Assembly: GCF_022539665.2 (NCBI RefSeq)
Contig: NC_081331.1
Location: 558,001 to 622,000 of the forward strand
Origin: Daphnia carinata
Taxonomy: Eukaryota
DNA length: 64,000 nucleotides
Reading direction: 5' to 3'
The notes beneath the pieces were generated by a model that saw nothing but the letters and a program-made list of their open reading frames with translations, made no database searches and was not told the origin of the DNA. The position numbers were made by a program, and so were the translations under genes. Positions 1 to 10,280 of the stretch are shown piece by piece (position 1 is the first letter of the stretch; each line of letters begins with the position of its first letter).

Positions 1-234
1 AATCAATGGGGATTCCATGACTGGAAGAGGAAATTGTCTTTCTTCCCATCATTCACATCATGTCAACTACACATTTGTCTTTTATGATGTACAAACAACT
101 TGTTATCATTGTGTCAAATTTTTTGTCAGAACAGTCAACATCCTTGACAAAATTGAATGTGAGTTGCAATCATTCAACACACTGTAAACATATTATATTT
201 TACAAATTTCTTCTATTATATTTATTGTTTACAG

Positions 235-3029
235 CTGGATGCAAAACACTCAGGGACAAATCTCCATCTTTGAATTCAATATGTGAAGGAATCAATCCTG
301 ATCAGCAGCTCATTACACTCTATGCTGAAAATTTTGTGCCAGTCAATTGCAGATCAGGTTTAGAAGGTGTCTGGCAATTTGCATATCAAAATCGATTCCG
401 TTTTACTGGAGAATGCAATCATCCTGGCAATGTTATTCAGTCTTGCCAGACACCTGGATCCCAGTTCTTGATTACTAATCAGAAGTTCACCATAAGCTAC
501 AGGAAATGTGATGGGATGAGTGAATCTTTGGATGGGAGTAAGTAGCGTTTTCATTGGGTTTAGTCGTTGTAAAAGGTATGTTTATTAATTTCCACTGTTT
601 TTAGCTGTTGAATTTAGCTGTTTAGGAGATTGGTTTGTTGGAAAAAATCATTATTTTGCTGTAGCCAATACTAAGGAATCACGAAAGGATGAGAAATTCC
701 GTTGCTTTTTGAAAAATCGTGACGATGACGAATATATGGGGAAATCTATCACACCAGAATGTAATACTTTAAAATCACCTGAAGACAGTCCTGAGCGTTA
801 TCGCATGACTCCTGGTATGTTATTAGGTGTAGATTTCCAAACAAATTTGATCTAATCTTCGGCTTGAACGTGCAGTCAAATCGGAAACTGTTACTCCCGG
901 TTGTAATCTTCCTTTAAATTTTTCCGGACATTGGATCAACACGGCCAATATTGACGCTGATGTTTATATTAATCAAACTCACATTGTGGAGACATGGCAC
1001 CCAGATATCGGAAGGTCTCGTAAAACCGTGTACGTCTGCAAAGAGTCACGTGATTCAAGGATTCTTCTTACTCGTCTCAACGTGGATGGATGGTAACAAC
1101 TGTTGTAACATAGTTTCTGCAGTTCAATCACACGCGTTATTAATGTTTCAGTCAAAAAGACTACATCTGCTTCGACATCGTACCTCGACACCATAACATT
1201 ATCCGATATCGAAAAGGACTTGCCATGATTAAAGATGACTTTCACACTGTCTGCTCTTGGACACAATTTCCTGCTAAGAATGCCTGGAAATATGATCTAT
1301 TATTAGGTATGTAATCAGTTTGGTTAAACAATCGAGTACTTGGAACAAATTTTTTAAAAATTTTATTTACCATATTAAAATTAAATTGCACGAATTTTCT
1401 GAGGAGTTGTCGCCAGAGGGTCGTGAATTTGACATCAACTTTGTATGTAAAATGTAACACTTTTTGTCCAAACGGCAGCCAAAGAGCCGGTGCCTATTCG
1501 CTGTCCCGTGGCTGGCATGTTCCGTTTTCAGCAAAATGGCGACATCAAGTTTAAGACCCGTATTTTAGGCGGAGTAACGGATTCCCCTCGTCCGGAAATC
1601 CACTGCATGGACTCGGTGTCCTCGTTTCAAGTCTGTGATTCTGGACAGAAAGAGATGGTTATTGATGCAGAATTTTGCCTCTCCACCGACACTTATGGAC
1701 GCCCTGTTGACATCTATAGTACTTAATTGCCGACATTATTCTTTTCTCTTTCCTCAGTCACCGTTTCCCTCTTCGTACTAATGGCATTGGCCATATTACT
1801 TGTTTATAGGTCTCTGAAGTGATGGTTTCGCGCAGCTATACTCCTACAAATCTCATTCGATAAATAATGTTGTACAAATGTTTATACTCAGAGTGGTGTT
1901 CTGCCGCATGGATTTGTTAAGTAATGTCTTCTGGTTTATCAAATAGCCCGGGATCCAGTTCCTATTCGTTGTCCAGTGGCCGGGAAATTCAAATTCACGC
2001 AAAAGGGTGACATCAAATTTGAAACACGAATTTTGGGTGGTGTGACTGATTCACCTCGTCCTGATATTTATTGCAAAGAGAACATTTCAGACTTTTCGGT
2101 TTGCGATGCCGAGCAAAAAGAAATGTGGATCGACGAACATTATTGTCTTTCGGTGGATTACAAAGGACGGCCCGTTGACATTTACAGTATACAGATATCC
2201 TTTATTTTGAACGCTGCTTATTTTCGCCGCTTATTATGCTATGCAGTTTGCGTGATTTTTTTTTTCTTTCGTGTCGTCGCTTTGATGGTGCAATTTGCTT
2301 GGTGCTGGAAGCTTTTCTAATAATTTGCTTAACAGGATGGTGCTTTGCAGTCGATGTCGATGCTCGCTACATGTTTACTAATATTTTATTATTGGCTTTA
2401 CGTTGCTTCGCTTCGCTTCTGTGCTTTGCTTTCTAGATAACTTCGGTTATTTGAATTTTTGTAGTCCGCTATCAGCTTATCGCGTTTCTTCTGCTTTTTA
2501 ACCTTTTCTCGTATGCCAAACTTGGGATATTTTCTCATTTCTTTCTAATCACTCTTATAGGTGACCCGGATTACAAGCTAAAGTGTATCGGGTTTTGGAA
2601 GGAGAATCTTCGTTCATATCTTATCACCTACGACGAGCTTGATGCATTCAGCCGTTACAGATGCTGGGTATACCAGCGGGCTGACTTGACCAAAATCTAC
2701 ATGTCTCAGGCGCTAGGCCCGTACTGTCCTCTCAATCAAGATGTGACGAGTTGGAACTATACAGAAGGAGCGGCTGTTCACCTAAACATGGAGGAATACG
2801 AGCGAGAACGTAGGTTTTTAATATTTAAGTATTATCGTTCGTCCTTCAATGTTTTGCTTTCTAAATAGGTGATCAATGCCCAATGAATTTCGATGATGGT
2901 GAAAACCCGTGGAGCACGTCTGAATCATATATTCAGACGTTCAGTTTTAGAGCTAGTGCAGACTACATACGAATCTCATTAACAGCCATTTTATTACCAC
3001 TGACTTTACTTTTTGTCTTTCAGCATTAG
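235..3029 (+). CDS. 3' part of a Cys-rich extracellular protein gene with a hydrophobic C-terminus (possible GPI anchor); the 5' end lies upstream of the window. Exons: 235-537, 605-814, 876-1092, 1152-1306, [1479-1718 and/or 1947-2186], 2561-2809, 2869-3029
   Basis: All introns are GT-AG and keep one frame (…FSCLGDWFVGKNHYFAVANTKESRKDEKFRCFLKNRDDD… KCIGFWKENLRSYLITYDELDAFSRYRCWVYQR… CPMNFDDGENPW… ISLTAILLPLTLLFVFQH*), with TAG at 3027-3029. Resembles conserved uncharacterised arthropod Cys-rich repeat proteins; the family assignment is from memory and unverified. Confidence 0.85.
1479..1718 (+). CDS. Alternative exon A of a tandem duplicated exon pair
   Basis: cag|CC AAA GAG … ATC TAT A|gtactt; 240 nt, phase 1-1; encodes AKEPVPIRCPVAGMF…GRPVDIYS. 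Confidence 0.8.
1947..2186 (+). CDS. Alternative exon B of a tandem duplicated exon pair
   Basis: tag|CC CGG GAT … ATT TAC A|gtatac; 240 nt, phase 1-1; encodes ARDPVPIRCPVAGKF…GRPVDIYS. Confidence 0.85.
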
Positions 3030-3385
3030 ATTTTTGCATAAGTGTTTGAATGTGAATGAGTGATTGTTGCCGGGGGTGATGCACACCGGAGCCGGTTTGT
3101 TTTATTTCCATCGTATTTTAGTATATAGAATTTCATGATGTGCAACACGGATTAGGTGACATCGCAACTTGATTCCGTCCGTTTTACTCCGTCCGCGTGA
3201 AGTTTTTGATCGGTTAACATGCAATCTCACCATGAATCATTATTTTATGTTGTAGCATGACTGCATTAATTGAATACACTTTCCTTCCTTTTTTACAAAA
3301 TTACAACATACCTGCTGGTGTTCATGGAAAACAAAAACTTACGGGTATCGAAGAGGGTCACATAGCTCGATGATTAGCTGGAAAT

Positions 3386-3453
3386 TGGCGGTGGCGGGAT
3401 TTGAACCCGGGGACTACAGAACACAAAGCGTGGTCAAACTGTACCAGGACCGC
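3386..3453 (-). pseudogene. tRNA-derived fragment (tRNA pseudogene or SINE head)
   Basis: Minus strand reads GCGGTCCTGGTACAGTTTG…CCCGGGTTCAAATCCCGCCACCGCCA: B-box/T-arm GGTTCAAATCC, A-box-like TGGTACAGTTTG, partial acceptor stem GCGGT/ACCGC and a terminal CCA. No clean anticodon arm. Confidence 0.5.
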
Positions 3454-3831
3454 ACATTCCAACCAAATTTTGCTTTGGGTGTCTCCCATTCAGATAGGCA
3501 GCTTATGTATATAGATGTTATTAGTGAAGTATGGCGCTATGGTGTAGTTTACGGCTGCCTTACTAATTTCACGGGGTCGAATCTTTGTTGTTATATTATA
3601 TAAATATTTTTCTTTTTTTTGCGTTTAACATTTTTTTGCTTCTACCTGTCCTCTCAAGTCTGCCCGTCGACCTACTCCCTGTCTCTTGAAACGCCCATTA
3701 TAGTGGCCCATCGACCTTTTTTTTTTTTTTTTTTTTAACTCCTCCCCATTTTTCTAAGAGTAGAGATGAGTATTAGGATATTGATGGCGATTATATTGCG
3801 GCTAAAACTGTACAAATTAAGATATGTTACA

Positions 3832-6800
3832 TTAAAAAATTTCTTTATGAAAATTGAAGCCAAACTTGTTGCATTTCTTTTTCAGTTCTTTGGCCAACTG
3901 AGGAGGGCCGCAATAAAAAACAGTTACATTTCCTTTATCTTCGTCTATTAGCTTTTGGAATACTTTATCCCAGTTCGGCCTGCCGGCATTGGTTCGAGTC
4001 TTAAGACCGGTCACGAGATCACGCTTTTCCTGCAATAATATTGGCCAATTATAAAGCTACAATAAATTTAAGTATAGCTTCTTGCTTGCTGTTAACAACC
4101 TTAGCGTGCAGCAAATCGAGGGCCATTTGGAGTCCAACAGCCTTTAGATCAGTCTTCTTCAGGGCGCTTGTGATGTACATGTGCAAATCGAGGAATCGGC
4201 CCAAAGCACTGCCCATTTCAGCTTGTTCCATTTCCAATTGCGAGAGCATGTGAACGAACCATTCAAAACTTCGCTGATCACGATTAATCCAGAAAAAATC
4301 AACCTTTCAAACAGCAAGAAAGAAAAATCTAAAATTGATGCTACTCATTTTGACGTTACTATGCATTGATGATGTGCGTTGTCAGTACCTTTTTTAGATT
4401 CATTATGGAATCTGGCATTCGTGATGCCCATGAATATTGGCAATTTGGGCAAACCTGTAAACTGGCATAATAGCGGTGCATTATGGATTGCAGAATACTG
4501 GCAAACGGAGTCACTCCGATGCCAGCTGCGATAAGAACGGCATGCTGGGCGCGGAAAATGTGACTAGAGGGAGTTCCATACGGTCCGTCAATGGTGATCT
4601 AAATTTTTCACGAAGTCGGTATAAAAAGAAATGGATCTTAGCCAACGTTGTTCAATTTTACAGAACAAAAGCACATACGAACCTCCAGCGGATGGTAAAT
4701 GCTTACACCCTCAGTTGTTTGCGACGGGTTTGGAACATCGTTACCCCTGGATGCTAATCCATTCGATGCACAGTCTTCAGTAGATGGATTTCCCTAAATT
4801 ACATTCTGTTAGTACTTTTTGTTTCACATTCTGTTGCATCAAAAAATTTAGAATTATCGATCACATTTTCTTCCACTTTTCTCTCCGACTTTTTTCTTCG
4901 AGATCGCAATGTTTCCGTGCTAAAAGAATCACGAGGATTCTTTTTCTTGCTCCACTTTTGCCACGGTGCACTTAGAAGGTCTGTATCACGAGGGTCCGGA
5001 ACCGGTAAATTGATCACTTCTGGTGGGTGTCGCATGTATCGGTATCCTGTATGTCTGACAGCCTGAGCTCCTAAAACGGACTCGTTCATGCTCACTTCAC
5101 TCAGTGGAATTGAAACTTGGGGACTGAATTAACAATGAATGACAAACGTGAAATTATTTACTCTTAGAAACGTGTCGTACCTGTAGGGTATACGAGTTCC
5201 CGTACATTTGGGCGAAGATTTTTGCTCAGCGCTATTTTCGAACGACTCATCCGTTATGGGTTGCATGTTCGGCTGCAACTCGGAACAGTAAGAAGAAACA
5301 AAAGGTAAGGTTGGTCTAGTTGATGATTGAAATTGTTCTTGCTTGATTTGTTCCCGTTTAAAATATTCATAAAGCTTATTTGTCCATCCGCCCACACCCC
5401 GGATGTGGAACCATAAAACGTCTACCCATTTCATAAAAAAGGATGTCGGTTCATTGACTTGTTTTTCATTGAAATGAATATGAACACACGTACCTGGAAG
5501 TTCAGGTGCACTGCTAATTGTAAAAGGGTGCCATTCGTAGGAGGCAATTGCTGGTATGTTAAGATAGACATAATCGCCTGGATGAAACCTGAAGTTTGGG
5601 GGTTTCCGGCAGACTAGATGAGTGACGCGTGACGGCAGTAGGAGTGTGTAGTTGATGAATGTTCTGCCCTTGCCCGTCATGCGCCTTCTTTGACGACGTA
5701 ATTTTTCTAGGATGATAAAAAGTGTGCCAGGACCAACAAACCAATACCAAAAGTGAGGGCCATGCAAGATTAGCAAAGCCCAAAATGGATAATGAAGGAA
5801 GTGCGTCCAATAAAATAACTGCAAATTCAAAAACAAAACAATGATAGACTATTGAACTCTTGAGAGATAATAGATTGAGTATAAGTGCCTCGAAAAAACC
5901 CGTTTTGCGGACGAAAGGCAGAGAACACGGAATCATTATCCCTAATATTATTAATAACGCCCAACCGGTGAGATTAGCAATACCGGGGATGAGACCATAT
6001 AATCCAGGAATCATTGTAAATAACCACTCTATTAAAGACGTTAAAAATCAGTTAGTTACGAGTACTACAACTGTACCAATAATTATTATCATTCCTTATT
6101 TAAAATACACGTTTACCTTTAGCTGAGTGTGTTTCATTAGTAACCGGTGAAACTACTTGATCGGCTACGTTAGAAGCTGTTGAATAAGAAGAGCAACAGG
6201 TTGTAGATTTGATAACGTAACGTAACAATATACTCACAAAAGTTGATGAGATGCATGACAGTGTGCAAACCACTGAATAAGACTATTACAAAGCCACAGA
6301 GTTTGTGTAGGTAAACATGCTGATCAAGTGGTAGAAAAATAGCCATCCTAGATTGCCTCAACCACGTGATACAATGGTGCAACATGAGGACGACAACGAA
6401 GGCGCAATTGAAATTCAACACCTGGCCTATTTCACACCACACTACAATAAGTACAATGCTCAAAGTTACGTGAAACAAGTTGCCTACTTACCGCAAGCTC
6501 TTGCGACCATGTAGGGAAGGTTTTCATTCCTGTACTTAAAGGCGCGAGTGGTAAACAATACGAGATTTACGAAGATGTATGCACCGAGGAAGGACATGAA
6601 CGCAGCCTTATTTCGAATGTAAGACCGGATTACATTAGAAGACCATCGCGTCTTCCTGCTCCTTTGCGTGCTTGATGGCAGCAAAAATCGCTCTAAGCTT
6701 AAACAATCAATTTATAAATAGAGTGACGAAAACAAAGAGGAAATAGAACGTATCGATACCTGAAAGAAAGCTCGTCTATAAGTCCTGGATGTTTCTCTAA

Positions 6801-8993
6801 CTGAGCCTTTAGATGTTCAAACTCAAGCCCATTACTAGCGCTGGGCGTATTGCTATTCACAGAGTCTACAGCGTCTTCGTAGAGGGCTAAAGCAAGCTGA
6901 TCGAGCTGTTCTTCGCTAAAATTCATTTTGTTTTCTTCTGTGCAAGCCTTCAAGACTGCTTTCAAGTCATGCAGTTGGATCAGTCCGTCACCTATAATAA
7001 ACTAGTTTTTAGAATTGTTTTGCAGGTGGCGATTTGTTACTATAAAATATTGCCATCTCGATCGTAGATTTGGAAGAGGAAACGGACCCTATCTTCGACT
7101 GATTGACTGCACAACTGCTCTAGCCCTAGTCTCAATTCAGACGTCGAGATACCATTGGAACCGTCTTTATCCAAGATGTGGAACACACGCTCAGCGAAGA
7201 ACGCCTGATGGATAAGATAAACTTCTTGAGAGAGACAAACACAAGGATCAAATACTAATCCAGCTCACGTCTTTTGATGGGATTAACTTCTTGAATTCTT
7301 CAATGGTAAGCTCTGTTCTTCCATTGACATTGCTGAAGAGTTCCTCGATACTTTCAAATCTCACTTTTCTGAGATTTCTACTTTTTGGTCTTATAAAAAC
7401 ATGATTTAAAACGTTCATTAATCGAATGTGCAGCGTTGTTCTTCACCATATGTAGACATCGTTGAGCCTTATAGTTGTTCACTTACCTTGGCAAGGATAA
7501 ATCCATGATGAAAACTACTATGCACTCAACGGAAACACTTCCGGACCGATCAACGTCGATTAATTTGAAAAGCTTGGAAAGAAGCTGGAATGGTTTTTAC
7601 GTTAACAAGTTAAGAAGCATTCAAAATGAGCAGTAAATCCTTTACCTTTTGGGTTTGGAATACCCGAGAAAAGAGCTGGATATCCAAATCGGCTTCCCCT
7701 GCTATAACATAGACTAACGTATCAACCAAGTGTACGAAATCTTGGCCTTCTCTCCTAAAGTTTATGCAGCGCATTAGCCTAAATACAATTGCTTTTTTAT
7801 TTTGGAAGATTATAGCATTTTACCCCAGTTTTTCGTTGAGGAAATCGACGAAATGCGACTGAACCAGCTTTCCCTTTGATTTGTCATCAAACAGTTGGAA
7901 AAGCAGTTGATGCATCTCCTTGCAAACAAAAAGCAAATGAAATGAAACCATAGCGCCTAGACATAAGAAATACCTACATATTTCGCGAATAATTCGCAAA
8001 AGCTATCCTTTGTAAATTTTGCATTGCGCTTCGTAGCCGCACGTGAGCACATAGATTGCAGATTTGCCAAGGCTTGCGGTCGATTATTGGTTCTGGGCGA
8101 CAGTCGGCCACTTGCTGATGATGGAGAATCAAGACATGATGATGACGCGTTGCTATTCCTAACGATGTTGAGCGATTGATCGGAGCCATTGACTTGAAAT
8201 CTCCATTGGATTTTAGGGGTTCCAACCACGCCTTTTTGATCACCCACATTCTGCAACATTAGAAATATAAAGTATTGGCATGGAAAGTAGAAAAAGGAAA
8301 TAATTTTCTGCAAAAAAGTTTTAGCGAATGCGTTATGTGACATCGCTCGAACGTAAACAATGGAGAAAATAGTATTCGTACTCAAACGGATTCGTCAAGA
8401 ATAAGGTCACATGTATAAACGTCCTAAATTTCGAAAGACAAACATAATCTGTGACCTTCTGAGCTTTCAAAAAGATAAAACATGACTTACATGTCACATA
8501 AATAAGGAACAAGTTCGTCCTAGGTAACCCATAATTCATGTTTCCCAATCTGCTCAACATTGAAAACCCCCTTCGTTATCTAGGAAGTTGTGTAGAATCG
8601 TGCAAACTCAGTCCACGTTTATTTGTTTCGGGATAAAGTTCGTCAAATGGGACGCGTTGGCGTTACAACAACATGATGGCGCGGATACACGCTAGGGCAA
8701 ATTAAATGGTAGACAAAGAAACTAGACCTGCACTTTCATTGCAGCTTAAAAATAAGTTATATTTGAAATGTTCGAATTTTTCGCTGTTCACTAACTTAAA
8801 GAGTATTTTTAAATTACGAGTTACGTTTAATGGGACATATACTAAACGTGTAATGTCCGCGGCACACAGCAAATCCCTTATCATTGGCCAAATTTCGTAC
8901 AGTAATGGCTTAATAAATTAAAAATAATAATAATAAATTTTTATGTCTTACCAATTGTAAGTTACTGGGTCTAGGCCTGGAGGACGATGCCAT
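3832..8993 (-). CDS. NOX5: NADPH oxidase 5-like, copy 1 (EF-hands, 6-TM ferric reductase, FAD/NADPH-binding domains); about 18 coding exons
   Basis: Likely first exon 8993-8952 (MASSSRPRPSNLQL|gtaaga). EF loops DKDGSNGISTSE and DRDGDGLIQLHD; heme His in DQHVYLHK…HTVMH and HFLHYPFWALLILHG; EWHPFTISSAPE; DGPYGTPSSHIF; AAGIGVTPFASIL; VTVFYCGPP; ends KEIF* (TAA 3834-3832). Two introns need GC donors. Confidence 0.9.
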
Positions 8994-10280
8994 CGTTTAT
9001 CAAGATGCTTTTAAGATGCTAGAAGATAGCTCTGAAAATGAATTTGACCCGTTTTGTCCACAACTACTCATCGACTCAAAGGTAATGCCAACTTTAAAAA
9101 AGTTTTCCTTCTTTTTACACGTCGTTATCAACACAATTAAAAGACGATTTGTAGATTACTTTACCGAGTACCAATGCACTTCTAAATGCCCAAATAGCTT
9201 TTTATGTTGTGCACCATCGCACCTTTTACCAGCCTCCCCATGATTGTCAGTTGTCATTGTCCTTTCAGGTAGCAAAGTAGGAAAGCTGATATAGACTGAT
9301 ATCTTGATTATTACGTGATGAAAGAGGACGTACGTATCCGGAAAAATCAATAAAAACTGTCACCAAAATTACCGAACACTATCCGTCTAAGGTTGCGACA
9401 TTCACGCGGCACTCTCCTTACCGCTCAACGAAAATTGCTTTTATTGTAATTATTCCTTAATAGAGGGGATAATAATTTCCCAAGCAAAGGGCAAACTTGT
9501 GCGGGATATTCCACAGCGATAACGAACTGATTGACACTGATCAATTTTCACTTACATGTGTGATGCGTCAAGACAAAATGATAAACTATGTAACATCAGT
9601 CGAGATCCGAATACTAAATGCAGAAAAATGGAATATCCAATGACGCAGACCAACCATTTGCTCTTAAATGTTCTGATAAGACAAATATGCGCATAGACAC
9701 GTACGGAAAATGTAGAAGGGACGGTGAGCTGACTTGCGCAAACCCTGTAAAGGATTCTACATGTGTTCGTGATGTCGGTTGTGTGCGCTTTCTAGACTCT
9801 GGTACGATCACGTTTTTTTTAACACAGTTGCATCAGCGAGGTAATCCTTCGCTATATAATCTTGTGCATCAGAAGTACGTGACAATTTGATGATTTTTCA
9901 ACGCACGTTATCTAATTTGTGGTTTGGCTTGGCGAACACCTCGATCAAAACGCCTCAGGCGGAATTGCTCAATCCTTCTTATGTGGTTCATGCAGAGAAC
10001 TAAGCTTTATCAGAATCACTGAAATATTTTACATCGTTAAATTCATTGTTCCATGGATTGTTGTAAACGTATACAGTCACGATCGCTAACCCATAAGCAA
10101 TAAAGCAATTGTTCAGAACCTGCCTGTTAAAATCTAATTACGAACTTAATGACTCTAAGGGTACCAAGGAAATTCATAACAACCACCGTATCTTGATGTA
10201 ATGTACGTAATCAAAAGGGCACAACATAGCACGGCATGGCAAACGAAACGTATTTCATTGATGAGAACCTTCCCAACAAG

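Noticed and set aside
1429..2360. Complementarity between TTGACATCAACT (1429-1440) and AGTCGATGTCGA (2349-2360) as a docking/selector pair
   Set aside because: Contains a mismatch and a wobble, would loop out both exons, and no second competing selector was found
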